From positions 1 through 53,950 of the forward strand of contig JBASRQ010000165.1 of the NCBI GenBank assembly GCA_049273895.1: 53,950 nucleotides of DNA, given 5' to 3'. This document shows, in pieces, positions 37,021 through 45,341 of the stretch (its first letter is position 1; the number at the start of each line of letters is the position of its first letter). The translations under genes and the position numbers were made by a program. This stretch comes from Thermoplasmata archaeon. Lineage in GTDB: Archaea; Thermoplasmatota; Thermoplasmata; UBA10834. Below the pieces are notes generated by a model that made no database searches, was not told where the DNA came from, and saw nothing but the letters and a program-made list of their open reading frames with translations.

Positions 37021-37082
37021 AAAACCACCGTGCTACTGGACCGAATATGAGGTTATAGCGTTTTCTATTACCTGTAGCAGTC

Positions 37083-37874
37083 TCATGGCTTCAGGTGGAC
37101 GGGGCAATTCGGGTTGAGTGGGATCTCGAGTTCCTCGGACTGGTTCCGCTGCCCGTCGTAGTAGAAAGCGTTTGCGATGAGCATGTCCGGCCTGCTCGAA
37201 ACGACCTTGAGCGCCTCCCTCACCATGATCGCGGAAATCACGCTTGTGGTCGTGATCTCGGCCGCCAGCCTCGGCTCGTGGAACACGACATCCTTGCCAG
37301 TGCAGCTGAACCTCAGCTCTGCGACTTTCGAGTGGCTGCGGTTCATGCCGCATTGGACGCATGCACCAACCGGCGGCCTCGCGACCATAACCTTCCCGAG
37401 AAACCCTTCCATTCCCCCATCGATGTAGACCTTGCCCGCGTGGTATGAATGCGAGTTTGTGTGGATTCGCGCCTGAATATTGTCCAGGCAACCTAGTACG
37501 AGGTCATAATCCTTGAATGCCCCCTCCGGAAGGTCTTCGATCCTCTGGCGCATCGGGACGGGCCTCGCATCCGGGGAAATGCTCAGTATGCCACGGGCGA
37601 CAGCGTCTGCCTTGCTCGCCCTTCTTTGAGCGTCCTCCCTGCTGAAGAAGAGGCATCTGTTCAGATTGGAGCCGACAACATGGTCCATGTCGATGACGGT
37701 TATGTTCCTGAAGCCCGATAGAGCGAGGTTCTTGGCCACCTCGTTTCCGAGCGCTCCCGCGCCGACCATCATTACCTTGGACCTCGCGATGGACTCGAGG
37801 TCCAGCCAGCCGATTCGCTTTGACCGGTCGAACACGTCGTCGTCGATCGACCCCACTCTCAGCTGCTCCTCCAT
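37083..37874 (-). CDS. E1-like adenylyltransferase (ThiF/MoeB/UBA family)
   Basis: VGAGALGNEVAKNLALSGF, VIDMDHVVGSNLNRCLFF, LDNIQAR, zinc motif CVQCG, and Cys-Thr in RFSCTGKD. Confidence 0.88.
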   Translation of the reverse strand: MEEQLRVGSIDDDVFDRSKRIGWLDLESIARSKVMMVGAGALGNEVAKNLALSGFRNITVIDMDHVVGSNLNRCLFFSREDAQRRASKADAVARGILSISPDARPVPMRQRIEDLPEGAFKDYDLVLGCLDNIQARIHTNSHSYHAGKVYIDGGMEGFLGKVMVARPPVGACVQCGMNRSHSKVAELRFSCTGKDVVFHEPRLAAEITTTSVISAIMVREALKVVSSRPDMLIANAFYYDGQRNQSEELEIPLNPNCPVHLKP

Positions 37875-37898
37875 GATGCGGGAGGAATAGTCCTAGTA

Positions 37899-37908
37899 AA
37901 TTAAAACT
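37899..37908 (-). promoter_or_regulatory. TATA-like box for the E1-Ubl-E2-JAMM cassette (leaderless geometry)
   Basis: Minus-strand TTTTAATTTA ends about 25 nt upstream of the E1 ATG (37874). No SD lies between them. Confidence 0.5.
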
Positions 37909-37958
37909 TCGGCTATCTGGCGAGGGGGCGAATGCGCCGGCTTTCCATGCATTCGATC

Positions 37959-39080
37959 TCAATCCCAGATGAGTCTGCCATCTGTCATGATGGCTTTTTC
38001 GTCTCCGCTCCTGCTGACCGCGACGATATCGGGCTTCTTAACCAAACCGTCAAGATGTATCAGCGCTTCTGCGTCCCCATCGTAGTTGGAACCGACCGCG
38101 AAGTGGCATGTGCCGTAGACCTTCTCGTCCTCCAGCATGTTGGCCGTGATCTTTGCCTTCCTGTTGAGGCCGATGCCCAGCTCGCCGATGTGCTTGGCGT
38201 TCTTTGCATACGTCGGCGCCACCGATGATTTGATGGTGCCCTTCTTGCCGGCGTCCAAAGCCTTCTTGGTCCCGAGCCTGACCGACTCATCGAGCTTGGC
38301 AGCCTCCGAGCCTCCGCTTATGCTTGTGATGAACCCGTCCTTGATCTCGGTCAGTATGGGTTTCTTGATCACCACTTCTCCCTCACTGAGGACAATCGAT
38401 CCATCGAATGCGATGATACCGTGTGCAGTCCCGAGTGCCGGGGACACATAGACCTCGCCCGACGGGATGTTGCCCGCGCGTCCAAGCTTTCGGAAGTCGC
38501 CGTCATCCGGCCTTGGCTTTCGACCTCTGACTCCGATGGTCACGTCTGTTCCTCCGGGGGCAGTTACCCGTACATGGTCGGCCCACTGGAAGAGCTTGCA
38601 CACCCTGGCCGCATCCGACCTCAGCTGAGTGTAATCGATCGGGACGGTGCGGCGGAACATATCGCGAGTTATGCCGGGAGACCAGAACCCGCGGATCTTC
38701 TTCTCCTCATAGAGCATGTCGTAAATGTGGTCATACCGACGCTTGCCCTTGTATCCCTCCTTGAGGCCCCACTTGTCCTTGCCCAGCCTGTCCTTGCTGA
38801 TAGATATCGCGATGTCGGGGACTGCTGACAGTGCCCTAATGACTTCATCCTCCGCAAGGTCGAACTGGCCCTTCTCCCTCTGGAACAGCAGGGTCGGTGC
38901 GGCTCTCGCCTCTAACGCAGCATCGTACAACGCCATCGATATCTCGCGCACCTCGATTCCTGGGTTCGAGATGATCAGAATCCGATCGTCCTTCCTGACC
39001 GCGAGGACGTCTCTCACGGCTGCCCGAGCGCCACGAGCTAGCGCTCTGTCATAAGTCCCCTCGAATGCGTCCATGCCCAA
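37959..39080 (-). CDS. M29-family aminopeptidase (AmpS/aminopeptidase T-like)
   Basis: NIPSGEVYVSP...GIIAFDGSIV...GELGIGLN...HFAVGSNY resemble thermophilic metalloaminopeptidase landmarks. Confidence 0.7.
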   Translation of the reverse strand: MGMDAFEGTYDRALARGARAAVRDVLAVRKDDRILIISNPGIEVREISMALYDAALEARAAPTLLFQREKGQFDLAEDEVIRALSAVPDIAISISKDRLGKDKWGLKEGYKGKRRYDHIYDMLYEEKKIRGFWSPGITRDMFRRTVPIDYTQLRSDAARVCKLFQWADHVRVTAPGGTDVTIGVRGRKPRPDDGDFRKLGRAGNIPSGEVYVSPALGTAHGIIAFDGSIVLSEGEVVIKKPILTEIKDGFITSISGGSEAAKLDESVRLGTKKALDAGKKGTIKSSVAPTYAKNAKHIGELGIGLNRKAKITANMLEDEKVYGTCHFAVGSNYDGDAEALIHLDGLVKKPDIVAVSRSGDEKAIMTDGRLIWD

Positions 39081-39173
39081 TCACCGCTGGGGGCGCATTT
39101 GATTAGCCTGATTTCAAGCTTTGGGATTGTCAAGCAAAATCATGCGACGAAACCAATTTTGCGGAAATCTAAT

Positions 39174-40175
39174 ATGAGCGGAGCACCGTGTTCGAAAGCG
39201 ATGTTCAGCCTCGAGGCGCCGTCCGAAGTCGAGGGTACTGTGGATGTGTGCATTATCGGTGCTGGTCCTGCCGGGATGACCTCGGCTGTCTACCTCGCAC
39301 GAAAGAAGCTCTCGACAGCGATCGTGACCCAAGACATCGGCGGACAGGTGGCATGGACGCTCGGCATCGAGAACTACATGGGTTACCAGTACATCACCGG
39401 CCGGGAGCTGACCGCGAAGTTCGATGAGCAGGTCAAGCAGTTCCCGATTCCAATCGTGCTTGACCAAGTCAATCGTATCACGAGCGAGCCAGATCTGTTC
39501 AAAATCGAGACGACAGGCGGCAGGTCGATCAACGCAAGGTCTATTATAATCGCCTCCGGCAAACGGCCGAAGGAGCTTGGGGTCCCGAACGAGCGAGAGT
39601 TCGTCGGAAAGGGATTGTCCTATTGCGCAACCTGCGACGCCCCTCTTTTCGGAGGAAAGGATGTCGCCGTTTGCGGAGGAGGAAATTCCGCGATCCAGTC
39701 AGTGATCGAGTTGTCCCAGGTGGCCGCGAAGGTCTACATCATCTCGAGAAACCCCTGGAAGGCAGATGCGATTGTATGCGACAAGGCGGATCACCTGAAG
39801 AATGTTGAGAGAAGGCTGGGCTACGAAGTCCTTGAGATAATGGGCGATAGGCTGGTAGAAGGAATAAGGATCCGCGAGAAGACCTCAGGAAAAGAGGAGA
39901 CCCTGAGAGTGAGCGGTGTGTTCGTCGAGGTCGGTCTCAATCCGAACACTGATTTCGCCAGAGGGATCGTGAACCTGAATGAGTATGGTGAGATCGAGGT
40001 CAATTGCAGATGCGAGACGAGTGTGCCAGGCATATTCGCCGCTGGAGATGTGACCACAGTCCATGAAAAACAGATAGTTGTGGCTGCCGGCGAGGGCGCG
40101 AAGGCGGCTCTGAGCGCCCACGAGTACTTGCTGAAGAGGCCGACATTCATCCTAGCCGGTCAAGATACTTCGTAG
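39174..40175 (+). CDS. trxB: thioredoxin-disulfide reductase-like flavoprotein
   Basis: FAD motif VCIIGAGPAGMTSAVY, redox-active CATC, second dinucleotide motif VCGGGNSA, and C-terminal GIFAAGDV. ATG 39174 is preferred over track start 39099. Confidence 0.85.
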   Translation: MSGAPCSKAMFSLEAPSEVEGTVDVCIIGAGPAGMTSAVYLARKKLSTAIVTQDIGGQVAWTLGIENYMGYQYITGRELTAKFDEQVKQFPIPIVLDQVNRITSEPDLFKIETTGGRSINARSIIIASGKRPKELGVPNEREFVGKGLSYCATCDAPLFGGKDVAVCGGGNSAIQSVIELSQVAAKVYIISRNPWKADAIVCDKADHLKNVERRLGYEVLEIMGDRLVEGIRIREKTSGKEETLRVSGVFVEVGLNPNTDFARGIVNLNEYGEIEVNCRCETSVPGIFAAGDVTTVHEKQIVVAAGEGAKAALSAHEYLLKRPTFILAGQDTS

Positions 40176-41613
40176 AGATCGGCTTGCCGTGGAGCTCGAT
40201 GTCGTACTGCTTCAGAATCTCCCTGACTTCTTGCTTCACTGTCTTATCCAGGGCGACAGGCCTGTGCTCTTTCAGAAGCCTCTTGACCTCGTCTCTCGCT
40301 GCCTGCCTGATGGGCTCCAACTTCGCGTCTGGCGCACATTGCCTCATCGCGATCTTGGGAAGGAGTATCTCGCTTCTGAAATGCTTCAGCGTGTGAACAT
40401 CCTTCATGAAGTATCCGCCAGGGCCCACGCGCGCAATCGCATCGAAGGCCAACGTGTCCTTGTTGACCTTGACGCCGTTCCAGCCACGGAGTATGTTCCG
40501 CCAGAGCTCACAGTCCATGACGACCTGCTCGAGCGATTCGCACCCTGACCGGTCGAAGCCCCCTATGCCCACCACCTGGTCGGCCCCTGCCAACACGGGG
40601 ATGAGCCCGCTGATCGCTTTCTGGTATCCGATCTCGTAGCCTGGCACTGAACCCGAAGCCGCTATTCCTCCCACCTGGCACGGGAGCCCGTATCGCCTTG
40701 CCATCTGGCACCCGGCAGCATTGATCAGGGCTCCCTCAGTGGAGCCCGACAAGAAGACGCCTGTCTTCATGTCCATGGGCCCGCTCTCCGAACTGTACAG
40801 TATAGGGGCGCGAGGGGCCGCCGTCTCCGTGATGACAGCTCCTCCAAGGTTCTCCGCGTTGACGAGGGCGACGGTGCCCGCCAGCGTGACAGGGCATACG
40901 GAACCGGAGATGGCCATTGACAGATGAACAACCGGAAGCCCAGCCCGCGCAAAGACGACCGCCGCCTCGATGTCCCCCTTCTCATAGCGCAAGGGGGTGA
41001 TGGGCGTGTGAGTCATCGAGACGATCGGCCTCTTCCTGAGCTCCTTCTCAGAGCCGACGACCGCCGATGCCATCTTGATCAGGTACTCTGCGTCGGTTGT
41101 GTCTCCCGCCCCATGCTGAACGTGCTTGCCCGTGTAGATTAGCGATGCAGCATACTCGTGCAGGTTGGATATCTCCGGAGGGACATCGGTCGCGACCACC
41201 TCGGCCCAGTAGAGATCGACCTCCGGCATGGCGTCACAGACTATCGTGAAATCGACGAGGTCGTTCATGGTGGATTTCCGCTTGATCTGAGCGTCGACAT
41301 CCCACACATCGGTAGGCTGCCCGTCGTTGCACCCTTGGATCTTGTCAATTGCGGGCAGTCTCAGGTCGTGCGCTTTTTCTCTGCCGCTCATCACGAATTC
41401 CTTGGGAGCTATGGCAAGGGCGTCCTTGACCATCCGCTCGGGTATTCTGGCTATCTGTGACTTGTGATCGACCCTCGCTCCGTGGCCTTCGAGAATCGAG
41501 AGCACCTCAGGGCTGGTGACCTTGATTCCGACTTCTTCCAGTATCTTGATGGATTCGTTGTGAACGACCTCCTCTTCTTCGCTCGTCAGAGGGTTGAACA
41601 CAGCTCTCGCCAC
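40147..41613 (-). CDS. MttB-superfamily methyltransferase (non-pyrrolysine type)
   Basis: 488-aa uninterrupted ORF with the overall trimethylamine-methyltransferase-family pattern as I recall it, and no in-frame TAG. Confidence 0.75.
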   Translation of the reverse strand: MARAVFNPLTSEEEEVVHNESIKILEEVGIKVTSPEVLSILEGHGARVDHKSQIARIPERMVKDALAIAPKEFVMSGREKAHDLRLPAIDKIQGCNDGQPTDVWDVDAQIKRKSTMNDLVDFTIVCDAMPEVDLYWAEVVATDVPPEISNLHEYAASLIYTGKHVQHGAGDTTDAEYLIKMASAVVGSEKELRKRPIVSMTHTPITPLRYEKGDIEAAVVFARAGLPVVHLSMAISGSVCPVTLAGTVALVNAENLGGAVITETAAPRAPILYSSESGPMDMKTGVFLSGSTEGALINAAGCQMARRYGLPCQVGGIAASGSVPGYEIGYQKAISGLIPVLAGADQVVGIGGFDRSGCESLEQVVMDCELWRNILRGWNGVKVNKDTLAFDAIARVGPGGYFMKDVHTLKHFRSEILLPKIAMRQCAPDAKLEPIRQAARDEVKRLLKEHRPVALDKTVKQEVREILKQYDIELHGKPISTKYLDRLG

Positions 41614-41710
41614 TGTACATTCCTCAAGAAGGGTGAATCCATACGCATATAAAAATCAGGAGTCCGGCTGACGAAGAAGTATCAAATAGGAGCGAAAGGA
41701 CCGCTCGAGC

Positions 41711-42217
41711 TCACTTCCTGCGCTTCGACCTGAAGCTCTCGACCGCCTTTTCTTCCAATCTCCTTGCGCGTCTCCTCATAGCTTCCCTGTTCCGTCGCTG
41801 GTCATCCACCGTCTCTAGAACGAGTTCGGGGGCGAGTGTCGGCTTGCCGTTAGGGCCCAATGCTACTAGAGTGAGATATGATGAGCCCGTGTGCCGCTTC
41901 TCGCCAGTTCTCGGGTCTTCAGCCTCTACTCTGACGCCCACTTCCATCGAGGATCTCCAGACGGCATTCACGTTCGCCTGGAGCGTGACGAGGTCGCCTA
42001 CATGCACTGGCGATAGGAAGTCCATCTTGTCGACGGAGGCTGTCACTATGTTGCTGCGAGTGTGCTTCGCCGCCGCCACATAGGCCGCCTCGTCGACCAT
42101 CTTCAGGATCGACCCGCCGAACACGTTTCCAGCGATGTTCGCATCCTGTGGCATCATGACCCTGGCCACCGTCGTCATCGATTCTGACACACGTCTCTTC
42201 GCGCGCTTCATGGTCAC
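41711..42217 (-). CDS. acyl-CoA thioesterase (hotdog fold, YciA-like)
   Basis: MMPQDANIAGNVFGGSILKMVDEAAYVAA...VGDLVTLQANV. Confidence 0.8.
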   Translation of the reverse strand: MTMKRAKRRVSESMTTVARVMMPQDANIAGNVFGGSILKMVDEAAYVAAAKHTRSNIVTASVDKMDFLSPVHVGDLVTLQANVNAVWRSSMEVGVRVEAEDPRTGEKRHTGSSYLTLVALGPNGKPTLAPELVLETVDDQRRNREAMRRRARRLEEKAVESFRSKRRK

Positions 42218-42237
42218 ATCCTTCCTGACGCTGCGAT

Positions 42238-43245
42238 CTACTGCCCCGGCGGGGCACGTGGCGGGGACGGTGGGCGCTCGTACTTCATCCCGGACCGGCC
42301 AGGAGACGGCTGCAGCGGCTTCCTCATCTTCAGCATCACAAGCGCCAATACCACAAGCGCAACCAGCAAGACGATACCGCCCATAGCAACGATGAGTGTA
42401 AAGCTGACCGAGGAACCTGCATTATAGTCCTTGAGGAGCAGCGTTACGACGGGATTTCGTGATCCCTTCTCGTATGTGTCCTCCTTGACGAAGTTCTTAG
42501 CATCCGCCGACCACCAGTAGACCACTGAATTGCCGTCGATGTCCGTCGCCGTTATCTTGAGCGACTCGAACTTACCCGCGGGCGTGGTGACAATTTCCTT
42601 CGCAGAGGCGACGACGAAGTTGTAGGTCAATATGCCCGTCTTCGTGTCAGGAGGGCCCTGCATCGTTCCGTTGACCCAATTCGTTGTCGTCGTGGTCTCG
42701 GTGACGGTCTCAGACCAAGAGTCTCCCGGTCCTGTCGAGGACGGGCTGAACCCTGACATGAGGGCCGGGGAGTATGTAGTTTGGATTTCGCTCTCGGCTC
42801 GGGACACGATCTGGAACGACCCTGTCCCGAAAGTCAGGTTGGTCCACATGAACAAGTCGTTCTTGACCAAGGCCATGCCGCTTTGAGTTTCGTAGACGTA
42901 ACCCCCCAGCGTCAAGGATGCCTCGAAGCCGAGGAAGTCGACGCTCCCTGAGGCACCGCCCGAGATCTTCATGACATTGACATCGTACGAGGTTCCTCCG
43001 ACGGTGATCCTGTCCTGGTCAACGTAGGTGTAGGTGGTCGTGCCATTCGCGCTGATTTCAGACACGCCCATGGACATAGTATACGTCCAGAAGTCGCCTC
43101 TGCTCCTGTCCAACGCCGCCGCGGGAAAGGCGGCAAGCACCACTACCAACGCGATGGAGACGACGCTGATTGGCCCGACGAATCTTCTCGCTCTCAAATC
43201 ACTGCCCCCTACGAATCCTGCTTGTCCAATCAGGAACTCGACCAT
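42238..43245 (-). CDS. membrane-anchored surface protein candidate (N-terminal signal/anchor, C-terminal TM, Pro-rich tail)
   Basis: VGPISVVSIALVVVLAAFPAAAL at the N-terminus, a Thr/Ser-rich ectodomain with 3 sequons, the TM segment LIVAMGGIVLLVALVVLALVML, then PPSPPRAPPGQ. Confidence 0.65.
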   Translation of the reverse strand: MVEFLIGQAGFVGGSDLRARRFVGPISVVSIALVVVLAAFPAAALDRSRGDFWTYTMSMGVSEISANGTTTYTYVDQDRITVGGTSYDVNVMKISGGASGSVDFLGFEASLTLGGYVYETQSGMALVKNDLFMWTNLTFGTGSFQIVSRAESEIQTTYSPALMSGFSPSSTGPGDSWSETVTETTTTTNWVNGTMQGPPDTKTGILTYNFVVASAKEIVTTPAGKFESLKITATDIDGNSVVYWWSADAKNFVKEDTYEKGSRNPVVTLLLKDYNAGSSVSFTLIVAMGGIVLLVALVVLALVMLKMRKPLQPSPGRSGMKYERPPSPPRAPPGQ

Positions 43246-43435
43246 CAGACATATACCTTTCCCAGAAAGATCTCACAGGATCTAGCATCGGAGACAAGCT
43301 GGCCTGAAACTGCGCCTTTTTATCGCTCAGGACGAAAAGTATTAAGAACGACAACTCGAATCCGCCCAGAGACGAGGGATGCCCGGCGGAAAAGGACCCG
43401 CCGTTGGGAGAGGCACTCGCCGAGGACGTAAGACC

Positions 43436-43660
43436 ATGCCTGAAGGACTATCGATGTACGCCGAGAAGGTCTACAACGCGATGAAGACCGCGGGGATAGA
43501 CTGCGAAGAGAAGATGGCCAACGCCGAAAGGATCGTGGGCCTCACGAAGGCCCCGAAGAACTTCGTGCTCAGAGCTCTGGATGAGCTTCAGTCCAAGGGT
43601 TTAGCGAAACGTAAGGCGAGAGAGAAGGCTGCGGGCTACTACCTGATCATCAAGCAGTAG
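43436..43660 (+). CDS. small winged-helix-like DNA-binding protein
   Basis: MPEGLSMYAEKVYNAMKTAG...IVGLTKAPKNFVLRALDELQSKGLAKRK...GYYLI has a wHTH-like pattern. The internal ATG 43436 is preferred over the Arg/Gly-rich extension. Confidence 0.5.
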   Translation: MPEGLSMYAEKVYNAMKTAGIDCEEKMANAERIVGLTKAPKNFVLRALDELQSKGLAKRKAREKAAGYYLIIKQ

Positions 43661-43780
43661 GCCTTCACTATTCTTGAACGCTCCAGGAGTCTCCACTGGG
43701 GCATTCCCAAACCATCTGGCCTCACCTGAGGTCAGCAAGATATATGATACCGTACGGTCTAACCCGTCGCAAGTGTTCCG

Positions 43781-44899
43781 ATGCCTGAAGACTTCACAGT
43801 GACGCCCTACATGGTCGCGGGCGAAATCGACTACGACGTTCTGATTGAGCGGTTCGGGACGAAGCGAATCGACGAGCAGCTTCTCGCGAGACTGGCGAAA
43901 TACGGACCGCTGCACCACATGCTCAGACGGCAGATATTCTACTCCCAAAGGGACGTGGATTGGCTCCTCGACGAGTACGACAGGGGCAACAGGTTCACAT
44001 TGTACACCGGCAGGGGGCCGTCGGGGCCGATACACCTGGGCCATCTGATGCCCTGGGCGTTCACGAAGTACCTTCAGGACACATTCAAGGTGAAGCTCTG
44101 GTTCCAGCTCACAGACGACGAGAAGTTCATGTTCTATGACCATCTGACTCTGGACGAGTGCAAGAGGTGGGGCTACGAGAACGCCTTGGACATCATCGCT
44201 CTAGGTTTCGATCCCAAGCTCACGAGAATATTCCTCGACACTGAGTACATCAAGACGATGTACCCGATGGCAATCAAGGCGGCGAAGAAGATCAATTTCT
44301 CGACCATCAAGGCGGTCTTCGGGTTCGACAACTCGAACAACATCGGCAGCATCTTCTTCACCAGCATCCAGACCGTGCCTTGCTTCCTCGAGTCGATAGA
44401 GCAGGACAAGAAGGTCCCTTGCCTGATACCGTGCGGGATCGACCAGGACCCGCATTTCAGGATCACCAGGGACATCGCGGAGGGCCTGGGATACTACAAG
44501 CCAGCGCTGATCCATGCGAAGCTGATGCCGTCGCTTGCCGGCTCAGACAAGATGTCGACATCGACCAAGGCCGACACCACGATATTCACGATGGATGACA
44601 AGAGGACGGTCAAGAAGAAGGTCGGGAACGCTTTCACTGGCGGGCGAGTCTCGATCGAGGAGCAGAAGAAGTTAGGAGGAGACCCAGACATCTGCTCCGT
44701 TCACGCCTACAACACATATTTCTTCGAGCCCGATGACAAGAAACTCGCGAAGCTCTACTCCGACTGCAAGGCCGGCAAGATCATGTGCGGCGAGTGCAAG
44801 AACCTTCTCTACGACAAGGTATGGAAATTCCTCGAGGAGCACCAGAGAAGGAGAGAGAAGGCCAAGGACGTCATCGAGGACTTCTTCGTGAGGGACTGA
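43781..44899 (+). CDS. trpS: tryptophan--tRNA ligase (archaeal/eukaryotic type)
   Basis: HIGH-type TGRGPSGPIHLGHL, QLTDDEKF and KMSKS-type KMSTS. TATA-like aagatatatga at 43738-43748. Confidence 0.9.
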   Translation: MPEDFTVTPYMVAGEIDYDVLIERFGTKRIDEQLLARLAKYGPLHHMLRRQIFYSQRDVDWLLDEYDRGNRFTLYTGRGPSGPIHLGHLMPWAFTKYLQDTFKVKLWFQLTDDEKFMFYDHLTLDECKRWGYENALDIIALGFDPKLTRIFLDTEYIKTMYPMAIKAAKKINFSTIKAVFGFDNSNNIGSIFFTSIQTVPCFLESIEQDKKVPCLIPCGIDQDPHFRITRDIAEGLGYYKPALIHAKLMPSLAGSDKMSTSTKADTTIFTMDDKRTVKKKVGNAFTGGRVSIEEQKKLGGDPDICSVHAYNTYFFEPDDKKLAKLYSDCKAGKIMCGECKNLLYDKVWKFLEEHQRRREKAKDVIEDFFVRD

Positions 44900-44902
44900 G
44901 CG

Positions 44903-45286
44903 TTGAGGCTGAAGCCGATCGCCACAGTTGTCAACGAGATGACCGAGACCCCTGACGACTGGGACCGAGTCAAGTCGAAGCTAGTTTTCGAGAAGGAGTT
45001 CGCAGAGGGTCTGTTCAAGCTCGGACATTTCAGACACATCTGGGTCATATTCGGCTTCCACAAGATGCGACAGACCGAGTTGAAGGTGCATCCGCAGCAC
45101 GACCCAGAGAAACCCCTGGTCGGAGTGTTCGCGAGCAGGTCCCCCACCAGGCCCAACAAGCTGGGCCTCACCTTGGTTGAACTCGTCAGCGTGAGAGGGA
45201 ATGTCGTGACCGTCAAAGGCCTCGATGCGCTTCATGGAAGCCCTGTCTTCGACATCAAGCCGTACGAAGAAGAGATAGACTACTGA
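44903..45286 (+). CDS. TsaA/TrmO-family (YaeB-like) tRNA methyltransferase domain protein
   Basis: HIWVIFGFH...VGVFASRSPTRPNKLGLTLVEL...GLDALHGSPVFDIKPY. TTG start 4 nt after the trpS stop. Confidence 0.8.
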   Translation: MRLKPIATVVNEMTETPDDWDRVKSKLVFEKEFAEGLFKLGHFRHIWVIFGFHKMRQTELKVHPQHDPEKPLVGVFASRSPTRPNKLGLTLVELVSVRGNVVTVKGLDALHGSPVFDIKPYEEEIDY

Positions 45287-45341
45287 ACGGCCAGCTGATT
45301 CTGGAAAAGTACATAAACGGTCCTCCCGATGAGGCTTCAGC

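Noticed and set aside
34334-39080. Search for a RING/U-box-type E3 or small zinc-finger gene inside or flanking the E1-Ubl-E2-JAMM cassette.
   Set aside because: The gaps (62 nt, 5 nt, an overlap, then 59 nt and 84 nt at the flanks) are too small to hold a gene. The alternative-frame ORFs (for example 37033-37491 and 36810-37028) are low-complexity with no Cys/His pattern. The flanking genes are a glycoprotein and an M29 aminopeptidase. An E3 encoded elsewhere cannot be excluded.
40147-40175. 29-nt convergent overlap of the trxB and mttB-like 3' ends.
   Set aside because: Short convergent overlaps are common in compact archaeal genomes. There is no evidence of functional coupling.
40147-41613. 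Possible pyrrolysine (TAG) recoding, considered because an MttB-family gene is present.
   Set aside because: The MttB-like ORF is uninterrupted, and TAG terminates many well-defined genes in the window (truD, pan, DUF2240, grpE, dnaK, dnaJ, the E2 and the Ubl). No pyl genes were seen.
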